A DNA stretch of 64,000 nt from an uncultured Gammaproteobacteria bacterium. Its GTDB lineage: Bacteria > Patescibacteriota > Patescibacteriia > UBA9934 > GWF2-40-263. The translations under genes and the position numbers were made by a program. Of the stretch, positions 25,893 through 35,877 are shown in pieces (the first letter of the stretch is position 1; the number at the start of each line of letters is the position of its first letter). The DNA is taken from the NCBI GenBank assembly GCA_964616135.1, contig CAZTTQ010000001.1:43875-107874 (forward strand). The letters run 5' to 3'. The notes under the pieces were generated by a model, which worked only from the letters and a program-made list of their open reading frames with translations, did not search any database and was not told where the DNA came from.

Positions 25893-27872
25893 ATGCCCAA
25901 GCCCGACCTGCGCATTTTCGCCATCCAGGAAGACGGCCGATTCGGCTCCGTCTCGTCTTCGGTTGGCGATCGGCCGTGGGACGAGGCCGTGACGCGCGAC
26001 GGGTACGCCCGCTCCTTGGAACAGGAAGGGCTCGGGTCGCCGTTGCCCGCGCGCCGTTTCCGCTGGGCCTTGGTCTTTTTGTTGGTCCTGTTCGGCGGGT
26101 TGTTTGCCCGCGCCGCACAACTCCAGGTGGTTTCCGGCGCGTCGTACCGCGCGCTGGCGGAACGCAACCGCGTGCAGACACGCGTGCTGCCCGCGCCGCG
26201 CGGCGCCGTCACGGACCGGTTCGGCGCGCCGCTTGCGGCGAACGTCCCGACCTTCGCGCTGACGGTCCGGCCGGACGAACTGCCGCGCGTCCGCGCGTCG
26301 CAACCGCCGGAGGACCAGGCCCGCGCCGCTGCGGAGCGCGCGTCCGCCATTGCGCGCGCGTCCGCCTTGTCCGGCATGGCGCCGGACGAGCTGACGGCTC
26401 GCCTGGACGAATTTTCGCCAACCACGTCCGACGAGGTCACGCTGAAGCGCGGCATCCCGTACGAGGCGGCGATGCGCCTGGCCGTGGCCCTGCCCACGTT
26501 GCCCGGGTTCGGCCTGCAGACGACTTCCATCCGCTCCTATGACACCACGGTGCGGTCCTTGGGCCACGTGCTCGGGTACGCGGGGCTGATTAGCGCTGCT
26601 GAATTGGAAACGCTCCGCAAGGATGGCTACCGCCCGGTGGACGCGGTGGGGAAGACGGGCTTGGAAAAAAGCGCGGAGAAATTGTTGCGTGGCACCGCGG
26701 GGCGCGTCTTGGCGGAAGTGGACGCCCGTGGCCGAGAACTGCGCCTGGTCGACAAGACGGAACCCGTGCCGGGATCCAACCTGACGCTGTCCATTGACCT
26801 CGCGTTCCAGCGGTATGCGGAAGAACGCCTATTGGCCACGTTGAAGCGCACGGGCGTGGAGAAGGCGAGCGTGGTCGCGTTGGATCCGCGCGACGGCGCG
26901 GTGCGCGCGCTCATCAGCTGGCCGTCGTATGACGCGAACGCGTTCGTCCAAGGCATCAGCGCGGACGCGTACAAGGCGTTGGCGGAAGACCCGGCCCATC
27001 CGCTGTTTCCCCGCGCCGTTTCGGGCGAATTCCCGGCCGGCTCCACGTTCAAGCCGTTCGTTTCGTACGCGGCATTGAACGAAGGCGTCGTGAATGAGCA
27101 CACCAGTTTCCTCTCCACGGGCGGCCTTTCCGTCGGCCCGTGGTTTTTCCCGGACTGGAAGGCGGGCGGCCACGGCGTGACGGACGTGCGCAAGGCCATC
27201 GCGGAGTCCGTGAACACGTTCTTCTACATCGTCGGCGGCGGGTACGACGCCACGACCGGCCTCGGGGTAGAACGCATTACGGACTATGCGCGCCGCTTCG
27301 GCTTCGGCCAAAAGACGGGCGTCGACCTGCCGGGCGAAGCGGACGGATTCCTGCCGTCCAAGGAATGGAAGGAGCAGGCCAAGGGCGAACGCTGGTTCGT
27401 CGGCGACACGTACCACCTGGCCATCGGCCAGGGGGATTTGCTCTCCACGCCGTTGCAACTGGCGTCCGCGGGCGCCGTGATCGCGAACGGCGGGCGGCGC
27501 GTGGTGCCGCACGTGGTCGAGAAAATCGACGGCGTACCGGCGCAAACGCAAACGCCAGAAGGGGCGTTTGACGCGGACAATATCGCGATCGTGCGTCAGG
27601 GAATGCGGCAGGCGGTCACGTCCGGCAGCGCGCGCTCCCTGGGCGACTTGAAATTTCCCGTGGCCGGTAAGACGGGGACGGCACAGCCGGGCGGGGACGT
27701 GAAAACCCACGCGTGGTTCCTCGGCTTCGGCCCCTACCAAGATCCAACGCTGACCGTCGTCGTGTTGTTGGAAAACGGCGGGGAAGGGTCGTCGTACGCG
27801 GTGCCGATCGCCAAGGACCTCTTTGCGTGGTGGTTTGCCCATCGCGGATCGGGCGACACGCTGGTACAATAA
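25893..27872 (+). CDS. mrdA: penicillin-binding protein 2 (peptidoglycan D,D-transpeptidase)
   Basis: SxxK (GSTFKP), SxN and KTG(T) motifs; N-terminal TM. Confidence 0.85.
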   Translation: MPKPDLRIFAIQEDGRFGSVSSSVGDRPWDEAVTRDGYARSLEQEGLGSPLPARRFRWALVFLLVLFGGLFARAAQLQVVSGASYRALAERNRVQTRVLPAPRGAVTDRFGAPLAANVPTFALTVRPDELPRVRASQPPEDQARAAAERASAIARASALSGMAPDELTARLDEFSPTTSDEVTLKRGIPYEAAMRLAVALPTLPGFGLQTTSIRSYDTTVRSLGHVLGYAGLISAAELETLRKDGYRPVDAVGKTGLEKSAEKLLRGTAGRVLAEVDARGRELRLVDKTEPVPGSNLTLSIDLAFQRYAEERLLATLKRTGVEKASVVALDPRDGAVRALISWPSYDANAFVQGISADAYKALAEDPAHPLFPRAVSGEFPAGSTFKPFVSYAALNEGVVNEHTSFLSTGGLSVGPWFFPDWKAGGHGVTDVRKAIAESVNTFFYIVGGGYDATTGLGVERITDYARRFGFGQKTGVDLPGEADGFLPSKEWKEQAKGERWFVGDTYHLAIGQGDLLSTPLQLASAGAVIANGGRRVVPHVVEKIDGVPAQTQTPEGAFDADNIAIVRQGMRQAVTSGSARSLGDLKFPVAGKTGTAQPGGDVKTHAWFLGFGPYQDPTLTVVVLLENGGEGSSYAVPIAKDLFAWWFAHRGSGDTLVQ

Positions 27873-27878
27873 GCTCCT

Positions 27879-29003
27879 ATGATCCGTCGTCTTTTTGCCG
27901 CGCTCGCGTTCGTCCTGCTCTTGCCCTATTCCGTCCATGCGCAGACGGCCGCGGGCGACGTGCCTCCGCAGGGCAGTTCCCAGAACGTCCAAGCCGTCGT
28001 GACCGAGGTGGAAAAAGACTGGACCGTGAACGGGAAACGGCAGATGATTTTCGACGCCAAGACGCAAGACGGCGCCACGTACCGCGTGGATACCACGCAA
28101 GGATACGTGGAGGGTCTCCGCTACGACGTAAAAGAAGGCACGCGCGTGTTGCTGGAAGTGAACAGCGGGGACGACGGCACCCAGGCGTACCTGGCCGACG
28201 TCGTACGCACGGACGGTCTCTTGGTGATCTTCCTCGCCTTCTGCCTGCTGACGGTGGCGGTCGGCTATTGGCGCGGGTTCGCCGCATTGATCGGTTTGGG
28301 CTTGACCCTGGGCGTCCTGTTCGGGTTCGTGTTCCCGCGCATCCTGGCCGGCGACAACCCGCTCCTCATCACCGCCGCTGGCGGCGTGGTAATTTTGGCG
28401 GTGAACATGCACCTGTCCCACGGGTTTTCCCGCCGGACGTTCGTCGCGTTCCTGTCCACGCTCGGCGGGTTCTTCCTGGCGCTCATCGCCAGCGTCGCCT
28501 TCGTCCGCCTGGCGCATTTGTCCGGCCTCGCGTCGGAAGAAGCGAACTTCCTGTTCTGGCGTTTCGGTTCCTCCACGTATCCGCAGGGAATCCTGCTCGC
28601 CGCCATCCTGCTCGGCGCGCTCGGCGTGCTGGACGACATCACCGTGACCCAAACGGAAACCGTCGCGGAGCTGAAACACGCGGACCCGTCCTTGTCCGCC
28701 AAGGAGCTGTACGTGCGCGCCATGCGCGTCGGACGCCATCACATCGCCTCCACGGTGAATACGCTCATCCTGGCGTACGTGGGCGCTTCCATGCCGCTTT
28801 TCCTCCTGTTCCTCTCCACGCCAGGCATGACGTTCACCCAGTTCCTCAACACGGAACAGGTCGCGGAAGAAATCGTCCGCACGTTGGCCGGTACCGCGGC
28901 GTTGGTGCTGACTGTCCCGTTGTCTACGTGGCTCGCGGCCCTGGTCGTGCGGGCCAAGGACGGTCACGGCGCGGGACACGGACATACCCACAGCGGTGCT
29001 TGA
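27879..29003 (+). CDS. YibE/F-family membrane protein
   Basis: Signal peptide, extracytoplasmic N-domain then ~6 TM; recalled similarity to YibE/F. Confidence 0.5.
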   Translation: MIRRLFAALAFVLLLPYSVHAQTAAGDVPPQGSSQNVQAVVTEVEKDWTVNGKRQMIFDAKTQDGATYRVDTTQGYVEGLRYDVKEGTRVLLEVNSGDDGTQAYLADVVRTDGLLVIFLAFCLLTVAVGYWRGFAALIGLGLTLGVLFGFVFPRILAGDNPLLITAAGGVVILAVNMHLSHGFSRRTFVAFLSTLGGFFLALIASVAFVRLAHLSGLASEEANFLFWRFGSSTYPQGILLAAILLGALGVLDDITVTQTETVAELKHADPSLSAKELYVRAMRVGRHHIASTVNTLILAYVGASMPLFLLFLSTPGMTFTQFLNTEQVAEEIVRTLAGTAALVLTVPLSTWLAALVVRAKDGHGAGHGHTHSGA

Positions 29004-29089
29004 CGGCCCCCGCGGCGCTCCGTACAGTAGAGCAAACGATGTTGGACACGCTCGTGGCGATTTCCGCCGCGGGCCCTTTTTTTCGCCTT

Positions 29090-29542
29090 ATGCCCACGTA
29101 TCTTTCCGCGGACGGTTTGGAGAAATTGAAGCAGGAATGGGAGGACCGCAAGACCAAGGTCCGTGCGGAAATCGCGGAAAAAATCAGCGCCGCCAAGGAA
29201 TTGGGCGACCTGTCCGAAAACTTCGAATATCAGGAGGCAAAAGAACAGCAGGGGCAAAATGAGGGACGCATCATGGAGCTTGAATCCATGATCAAGGATT
29301 TTTCCCTGGTGGAGCAGCAAAAAGGCGGCACCATCAACCTCGGTTCCCGGTTCTCGGTCCAGGTGAACGGCGCCAAGCGCCAATTTGAAATCGTCGGTTC
29401 GTCCGAGGCGGATCCGCTGCAGGGCAAGATCAGCAACGAGTCCCCGCTTGGCCAGGCCTTCATGGGCCGCGGAGAAGGAGAAGTGGTGGAGGTGAAAGTT
29501 CCGTCCGGCCTCATGTCGTATAAGATCCTCTCCATCGCCTAA
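29090..29542 (+). CDS. greA: transcription elongation factor GreA
   Basis: ELGDLSENFEYQEAKEQQ and C-terminal FKBP-like domain; start chosen by alignment to E. coli GreA (alternative ATG 29039). Confidence 0.85.
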   Translation: MPTYLSADGLEKLKQEWEDRKTKVRAEIAEKISAAKELGDLSENFEYQEAKEQQGQNEGRIMELESMIKDFSLVEQQKGGTINLGSRFSVQVNGAKRQFEIVGSSEADPLQGKISNESPLGQAFMGRGEGEVVEVKVPSGLMSYKILSIA

Positions 29543-29543
29543 T

Positions 29544-31019
29544 ATGCAAGAAGAACAGGCACGCAGGGAACGGTTGGAGGCGCTGCGCGCGTCCGGCGTT
29601 GACCCATACCCGGCCCGGGTGTCCCGGACCCATTTCGTGTCCTCGTTCTTGGCGGCGTTTGACGCGCTTGCCGCGGCACAGCAGTCCGCCACGTTGGTCG
29701 GCCGCCTCCGCACCGTGCGCAAGCACGGCGGATTGACGTTCGCCCAGCTGGAGGACGGCTCCGGCGTGGTCCAGATCGCCATCCGTAAGGACCACGTGGG
29801 TGAGGACGTCTATGAGTTCTTCCACAAGACGGTCGACATGGGGGACTTCGCGGAAGTCACGGGCGTCCCGTTTATCACCAAAAAAGGCGAACGCTCGTTG
29901 GATGCCGCGTCCTACCGCGTCATCACTAAGACGCTGTTGCCGATGCCGGAAAAGTGGAGTGGGCTCCAGGACGTGGAAACCCGTTACCGCCAGCGCTATC
30001 TGGATTTGATGTCGAATGAGGACGTGCGCCGCATTTTCCGCGTGCGCGCGGCCATGCTGACGGGCTTCCGCCGCTACCTGGACGAACACGGGTTCTTGGA
30101 AGTGGAAACCCCGGTACTTCAGGCCATTCCCGGCGGCGCCTCTGCCCGTCCGTTTATCACGCACCACAACGCGTTGGACGCGGACTTGTACCTGCGCATC
30201 GCGCCGGAATTGTATTTGAAGCGCCTGCTGGTCGGCGGCTATGAGCGCGTGTATGAAGTCGCGCGTTGTTTCCGCAATGAAGGCATCGACCGCTCCCACA
30301 ACCCGGAGTTCACGCAGATCGAGGCGTACGCCGCCTACATGGACTACCGCGAGCTGATGGACTTCGTGCAGGGCATGGTCGTGTCCGGCATTACCGCGAC
30401 CGGCTTGGATCCCAAGGCCGTACCGTGCCAAGGCGACGTGCTGGATTTCGCGTCCCCGTGGCCGCGCCTCACGTACCGTGACGCGTTGTTGCAATACGCC
30501 AAATTGGACATCGAACAATGCCCCACGCGCGACTTGCTCGCCAAGGCCGCCATGAAGTTGGGCGTGCCCGTGGAAAAAACCGACAGCCACGGCACCATCG
30601 CCGACAACGTCTACAAGCATTTCGTCCGTCCGAATATCGTGCAGCCGACCTTCGTCATTGATTTTCCGGCGGAATTGACCCCGCTTGCCAAGCGCAAGGC
30701 GGAGGATCCGCGCTACGTGGAAATGTTCCAGTTGGTGTACGGCCGCGGCGTGGAAAACGTAAAGGCGTTTTCCGAGCTGAACGACCCGTTGGACCAGGAG
30801 GCGCGCTTCAAGGAACAAGAAGCCGCGCGCCAGGGCGGAGATGAAGAGGCCCAGTTCGGGGACGACGATTTCGTCACCTCGTTGAAGCACGGCATGCCGC
30901 CGACGGCCGGCTTCGGCATCGGCATCGACCGTTTTGCCGCCACGCTCGCGGACGCGCACGCGTTGAAAGAAGTGATTTTGTTCCCGACCCTGAAGCCGGC
31001 GGCGCCGGCCCAGGAGTAA
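29544..31019 (+). CDS. lysS: lysyl-tRNA synthetase (class II)
   Basis: OB-fold N-domain, class II motifs 1-3 (FRNEG, GIGIDR). Confidence 0.9.
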   Translation: MQEEQARRERLEALRASGVDPYPARVSRTHFVSSFLAAFDALAAAQQSATLVGRLRTVRKHGGLTFAQLEDGSGVVQIAIRKDHVGEDVYEFFHKTVDMGDFAEVTGVPFITKKGERSLDAASYRVITKTLLPMPEKWSGLQDVETRYRQRYLDLMSNEDVRRIFRVRAAMLTGFRRYLDEHGFLEVETPVLQAIPGGASARPFITHHNALDADLYLRIAPELYLKRLLVGGYERVYEVARCFRNEGIDRSHNPEFTQIEAYAAYMDYRELMDFVQGMVVSGITATGLDPKAVPCQGDVLDFASPWPRLTYRDALLQYAKLDIEQCPTRDLLAKAAMKLGVPVEKTDSHGTIADNVYKHFVRPNIVQPTFVIDFPAELTPLAKRKAEDPRYVEMFQLVYGRGVENVKAFSELNDPLDQEARFKEQEAARQGGDEEAQFGDDDFVTSLKHGMPPTAGFGIGIDRFAATLADAHALKEVILFPTLKPAAPAQE

Positions 31020-31027
31020 TCCCGCGT

Positions 31028-31402
31028 ATGTCCGCCCGAAAACTCGTGCTTGCCTTCGGAACCTTCGACGTGTTCCACAAGGGGCACGAGTTTTTGCTTG
31101 CCGAAGCGGCCAAGTTGGGGGATCTGCGCGTGGCCGTGGCGCGTGACGCGCACGTGCGTGCCCTGAAGGGCAGGGAACCCGCGCGCGGGGAGGCGCAACG
31201 CCTCGCGACCGTGGCGCGCGTGCCGGGCGTCGCCTCCGCGGTGCTGTCCGACGTGGAGTTGGGCACCTACGGCGTCGTCCGCGCCTACGCGCCGGACCTG
31301 ATCGTCCTCGGCCACGACCAAACGGCGCTCAAGGCGGATTTGGAACGCTGGATGGAAGAAACGGGCGTCCGCGCGGCAGTGGTTCAACTTCCCAAGGTCT
31401 GA
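31028..31402 (+). CDS. cytidylyltransferase-like nucleotidyltransferase (HxGH motif)
   Basis: GTFDVFHKGH motif of the cytidylyltransferase superfamily; 124 aa. Confidence 0.55.
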   Translation: MSARKLVLAFGTFDVFHKGHEFLLAEAAKLGDLRVAVARDAHVRALKGREPARGEAQRLATVARVPGVASAVLSDVELGTYGVVRAYAPDLIVLGHDQTALKADLERWMEETGVRAAVVQLPKV

Positions 31403-31403
31403 T

Positions 31404-32543
31404 ATGCCCATGCACCGCACCTGGGTCGAATTGGACGAGCGCGCGTTGGTGAATAATCTGAACGTGCTGCGTTCATTGATGGCGCCGGGCGCCCGTTTTT
31501 GCGCCGTCGTGAAGGCGAACGCATACGGCCACGGCTTGCGCGAAACCGTCCAGATCTTGGCACGTAATGGCGTGGATGCGTTTGCGGTGGATTCTCTGGA
31601 CGACGCGTTGGCGCTGCGTTCGATTTTGCCGTCCGCATTGGTGTTGGTCACCGGCTACGTGTTGCGCGAACGGCTGGCCGAAGCCGCGCGCGCGGACCTG
31701 TCATTGACCGTATACGATCGGGAGACGATCCGCGCGTTGGAGGAACTAGCGGCGGGAGACGCCCGGACGGTGCGCGTCCATCTGAAATTAGAAACGGGCA
31801 CGAATCGCCAAGGGGTGCTGCCTGAAGGCCTTTCGGACGTCCTGGAGACCCTTCGGCAATGCCCGCGGGTTCTGTTGGAAGGCGTCTCCACCCATTTCGC
31901 CAACATTGAAGACCCGGCGGACACGCGTTTTGCTACCTTGCAGCTGACGCGTTTTCAAGAAGGGTTGAATGCGGTGCGCATGGCCGGATTCGATCCTTCC
32001 TTGGTGCACTGTGCCTGCAGCGCGGCGCTCATTTTGTATCCTGACACGCATTTTTCCATGGTCCGGGCGGGCATTTCGCTCTACGGCCACTGGTCCGCGC
32101 CGGAAACGCAACTCGCCGCGATCAAACACGTGGTAAAATGCGACCTAAGCCCCGTGCTGTCCTGGAAGACGCGCGTCGCCCAAGTGAAGCAGGTGCCCGC
32201 GGGTGTTTCCGTGGGCTACGAGTTGTCCGAAGTGACGCGCAAACCGACGCGGCTGGCGATTTTGCCCGTGGGATACTGGGACGGGTATGACCGGTCCTTG
32301 TCCTCCGTGGGCGAAGTGCTCATTGCCGGCAACCGCTGCAAGGTGGTCGGCCGCGTGTGCATGAACATGCTGATGGTCGACGCTTCCGCCGTGCCGAACC
32401 TCCAGCCGGAACAAGAAGCCGTCCTCATCGGCCGCGGCGGCCGCCACCACGTGACGGCGGAGGAAATCGCCGCGCGCACCGGCACCATCGCCTACGAGAC
32501 CTTGTCCCGCATCCATCCAACCCTTCCGCGTATCGTCGTGTGA
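31404..32543 (+). CDS. alr: alanine racemase
   Basis: PLP-binding motif VVKANAYGHG; 379 aa. Confidence 0.85.
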   Translation: MPMHRTWVELDERALVNNLNVLRSLMAPGARFCAVVKANAYGHGLRETVQILARNGVDAFAVDSLDDALALRSILPSALVLVTGYVLRERLAEAARADLSLTVYDRETIRALEELAAGDARTVRVHLKLETGTNRQGVLPEGLSDVLETLRQCPRVLLEGVSTHFANIEDPADTRFATLQLTRFQEGLNAVRMAGFDPSLVHCACSAALILYPDTHFSMVRAGISLYGHWSAPETQLAAIKHVVKCDLSPVLSWKTRVAQVKQVPAGVSVGYELSEVTRKPTRLAILPVGYWDGYDRSLSSVGEVLIAGNRCKVVGRVCMNMLMVDASAVPNLQPEQEAVLIGRGGRHHVTAEEIAARTGTIAYETLSRIHPTLPRIVV

Positions 32544-33433
32544 GACACCGCCCCTCCTATTTCCAACGGGCCCAACACAAGCGCTATGAATCGCGCTCGT
32601 TTCAGAATCCGTATTTCCGCCCGAAGGAACCGCGGCGCTGGATCGGCTACGCGGTCGGCGTCCTCTGCCTTGCGGGCACCGTGGGCGGCACCTGGGCGCT
32701 GTTGTCCGCTCCCGCGTTCGCGTACGCGGACGTGCGCGTAGAAGGCACGGAGACCATCCCCGCCGCGGACGTGGAACGGGACGTGCGCGCGTACATGGAA
32801 GAACCGGTCCTCCGCGCGTTCCGCCACGCGAACCGATTTCTCTTTGACGCCGACGCGTTGCGGGACCGCTTGTCCGCCGCGTACCCATTCGACCGCGTAA
32901 CGGTGGAGGCCAAAGGGAAGGGGGTCAGCGTGCGCGTCCGGGAACGCCAAAGCGAACTGCTGTGGCGCAGCGGCGGGCGCCTATGGCTCGTCGACCTGCA
33001 AGGCGCGGTCATCCGCCCGCTTTCAGAGGAAGAAACTGTGGGCATCGCCGGACCCGCGCCCGCGTGGGAACCGGGCGCACCGTTGCCGCCGCTGTTGCGA
33101 CTGAAGCGCCTGCAGACGTTCGTCGACGTGAACGGAGAGGACGTCGCGGTCGGCGGCTCGGTGCTGTCCGCCGCGGAAGTGTCGGGCATCCGCCAGGTCC
33201 AGGACAAACTGTTGGACCTGGGTATCCCGTTTACGGAAACGCGGGTCGACCGCATCGCGGGACAACGCGTTTCCATCCGCGCCCTGTCCGGTTACGACAT
33301 CCTGATCAACCCGCTGGGCGACCCCGCGGCACAGGCGGACCGTCTGGCCGCGTTGCTCCGGAATACCATCAAGCAGCCGAAGACCCTCGAATACGTAGAC
33401 CTCCGTTTCGGCGATCACGTGTACTACAAATAA
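32540..33433 (+). CDS. cell division protein FtsQ/DivIB-like (POTRA domain)
   Basis: Basic N-terminus, single TM (WIGYAVGVLCLAGTVGG), POTRA-like region; GTG start overlapping alr stop (GTGTGA); upstream part of track ORF overlaps alr and is rejected. Confidence 0.55.
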   Translation: MRHRPSYFQRAQHKRYESRSFQNPYFRPKEPRRWIGYAVGVLCLAGTVGGTWALLSAPAFAYADVRVEGTETIPAADVERDVRAYMEEPVLRAFRHANRFLFDADALRDRLSAAYPFDRVTVEAKGKGVSVRVRERQSELLWRSGGRLWLVDLQGAVIRPLSEEETVGIAGPAPAWEPGAPLPPLLRLKRLQTFVDVNGEDVAVGGSVLSAAEVSGIRQVQDKLLDLGIPFTETRVDRIAGQRVSIRALSGYDILINPLGDPAAQADRLAALLRNTIKQPKTLEYVDLRFGDHVYYK

Positions 33434-33440
33434 CCGGCCT

Positions 33441-34700
33441 ATGGATTTGTTGAAATACGACGGCGGCTACATGCGCATTACCGACGCGGACCGCGCTTCG
33501 TTCCGCCCAAAGACGGAGGCGGCGCACGATCGCGTGGAAGCCGTCCGCGCCTCGGGCGCCCAGGGGTGGTTCGACCTGCCTTCGACCAATGTGACGGACG
33601 TCCTGGCGGAAGCCAAGCGTCTGCATAAGGCATTCAAACGGCTCGTCGTCGTCGGCATCGGCGGGTCTGATTTGGGTGCCCGCGCCCTGGTACAGGCATT
33701 GGGGAAACCCGGCGCCATGGAAGTCAGCTTCGTCTCGTCTCCGGACGCACACGTGCTGCAGCCGTACTTGAAGGCTTCCAAGGATTGGTGGGCCGGCACG
33801 GCGCTGTTTGCCGTATCCAAGTCCGGCGGCACGGTGGAGACGCTGACGGCATTTTTCTTGCTGCGCAAGGCCTTGATGAAGGCCGTGGGCATGAAGGCGC
33901 ACCGGGCGCACGTGAGCCTGATGTCGGACCCGGTGCCGGGTAATCCGTTGGTCGCGTTTGCCGCGCAAGAGGCGTACGCGTTTTTACCGCATCCGGTGAA
34001 CGTCGGCGGGCGGTTTTCCGTGCTCTCCGGCGTGGGCTTGCTGCCCGCCGCCTGCGCGGGAGCGGACGTGAAGCGTTTATTGGCCGGTGCCAAGGCCATG
34101 GAAGACGCCCGGCGCAAAGAAGGCGCCAAGCACGCCTCCATGCGGTACGTCGCCGATCAGTTCATCTCCATGATGGGCGGGCGCCGTATCCATGTCCTCA
34201 TGCCGTATAGCCAGGCGTTGGAACAGGTCGGCCGTTGGTACCGCCAACTCTGGGCCGAATCCTTGGGGAAGAACGGCCAGGGCCCGACGCCGGTCGCCGC
34301 CTTGGGTCCCGTGGACCAGCATTCGCAGATGCAGCTGTACGTCCAAGGGCCGGAGGACAAGACCGTGACGTTCATTGAAGTGGCCGACTACGGATCAGAG
34401 CTCGTCGTGCCCGCCATCTCGGGTGCGCCGGCGTTTGCTTGGCTCTCCGGCCTTGAATCGGGGCAGATCCTGCGGGCCGAACGCCGCGGCAGCGCGGACG
34501 CCTTGGCTGCCGCGGGACGTCCATGCTCGACGATCACGCTCGCCAACTTGGAACCCGAATCCGTCGGCGCGCTGCTCATGTTTTACGAACAATCGACCGT
34601 CAACCTGGCGGCGCTTATGGGCGTGGACGCGTATGACCAGCCGGGGGTGGAAGACGGCAAGCGCCGCGCAAAAGCCCTCTTAACGGGCCGTAAGGTCTGA
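33441..34700 (+). CDS. pgi: glucose-6-phosphate isomerase (short form)
   Basis: PGI family similarity over 419 aa (VVVGIGGSDLG...). Confidence 0.8.
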   Translation: MDLLKYDGGYMRITDADRASFRPKTEAAHDRVEAVRASGAQGWFDLPSTNVTDVLAEAKRLHKAFKRLVVVGIGGSDLGARALVQALGKPGAMEVSFVSSPDAHVLQPYLKASKDWWAGTALFAVSKSGGTVETLTAFFLLRKALMKAVGMKAHRAHVSLMSDPVPGNPLVAFAAQEAYAFLPHPVNVGGRFSVLSGVGLLPAACAGADVKRLLAGAKAMEDARRKEGAKHASMRYVADQFISMMGGRRIHVLMPYSQALEQVGRWYRQLWAESLGKNGQGPTPVAALGPVDQHSQMQLYVQGPEDKTVTFIEVADYGSELVVPAISGAPAFAWLSGLESGQILRAERRGSADALAAAGRPCSTITLANLEPESVGALLMFYEQSTVNLAALMGVDAYDQPGVEDGKRRAKALLTGRKV

Positions 34701-34706
34701 CCGGCT

Positions 34707-35114
34707 ATGAAGATCCGTTACGTCTTCGGGACGATGGCCGCCGTATACCTTCTCAACTCCTTTTTTTACCCAGCGATGAGCGCTTGGTGGCGCGAGGTGG
34801 ACGTGCCGATGCATTTCTTGGGCGGGCTTCTGTCGGGCCTGCTCGGCCTTGCGTGTTGGGAGTGGCTTCAGGCCCGTTATCACGTGAAAAACGTTCCTAC
34901 GTGGACGGTGGCGCTCTTGGCCGTGTGTTTTACCGCGTTCGTCGCCGTGTCCTGGGAACTGTATGAGTTCGGCGTGGATGCTTGGCACCGGAGCAGGGGA
35001 ATCATCGCCCTCACGCAACAGCCGTCCGTCGCGGACACGATGGCGGACATGGCGTTAGGTCTGTTGGGTGCCGCAGTCAGCACGTTGACCTTGGTGCGTC
35101 GTTCGAGGTCGTAA
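34707..35114 (+). CDS. hypothetical membrane protein
   Basis: 4 predicted TM segments; high GC3. Confidence 0.45.
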   Translation: MKIRYVFGTMAAVYLLNSFFYPAMSAWWREVDVPMHFLGGLLSGLLGLACWEWLQARYHVKNVPTWTVALLAVCFTAFVAVSWELYEFGVDAWHRSRGIIALTQQPSVADTMADMALGLLGAAVSTLTLVRRSRS

Positions 35115-35183
35115 GGATTACTCTTTCCAGGTAGTGTCGTAAAACGAAGTAACAGGGAAGGACGGAGCAGGGGAAGGTGATCG

Positions 35184-35218
35184 CAAAAACGGGTACCGAT
35201 GCGGGTACTCGTTTTTCG
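35184..35218 (+). terminator. intrinsic terminator (acgggtacc gatgc gggtactcgt + TTTTT)
   Basis: Hairpin with A-tract before and T5 after, 75 nt downstream of 35114. Confidence 0.5.
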
Positions 35219-35696
35219 TTCGTCCCCATCTCTGCGCGCGGGAAAAATGTTTTCCGACGCGTCCGGATTTTTCTCCTACGCGGTTTTATTTTTTGCGCGG
35301 AAGAAAAATTTCGTCGCACGAATCTTTTCTTTGTGTCTGGTTATATCTTCCGAGAGGCCCTTCGACTGCGCTCAGGGCGGTCAGCATCATAAAGAGCAAA
35401 AAATGCTGACCGTTTAAAATCGCCTAGGTTGATTTGAGGGGTACTAGGATACCTGTGGCTATAGAGCCCTATGGCGCGTTTTTACGGCTTTGCGTGCATG
35501 GGGTCATCTGGAGCATGGAAAACGTCCTGAGGCACGTATAGAGGGCCGTGCGGGTTTGAAATAGAGGTACGTAGATAGGTCCAAATACAAACGGAGCGAA
35601 TAGAGATACGGACAGAAACGAATCCGCAAACGCGGAATCTATTTTGCGACAACGGCTTAAGAAGACCCGCAGAGCAGGTGTCGACAAAATGGATTC

Positions 35697-35752
35697 ATCT
35701 TAGATGACACTACAGCCCCGCGGCCTTTTCTAGGCTGTAGTGTCGTCTAAGA
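35697..35752 (-). terminator. long hairpin (20-bp stem tcttagatgacactacagcc/ggctgtagtgtcgtctaaga, 15-nt loop); likely 3' end of Cys-rich gene transcript
   Basis: 19/20 complementary positions; on minus strand followed by gaauccauuuug. Confidence 0.5.
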
Positions 35753-35877
35753 TATAATGTGCGACACCACGTATCGAATAAGGAAACCGGGCGGAAAAGA
35801 AGAAAACCCCCTGCCCTCCGATGCGGATCGGAAGAGGCAAGGGGCAAGGAGGTCCATGAAGACGGACCGGACGTATT

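Noticed and set aside
26829-28991. 720-aa ORF on minus strand
   Set aside because: It lies antisense to the PBP2 and YibE/F genes and has low-complexity R/G/D-rich composition with no motifs.
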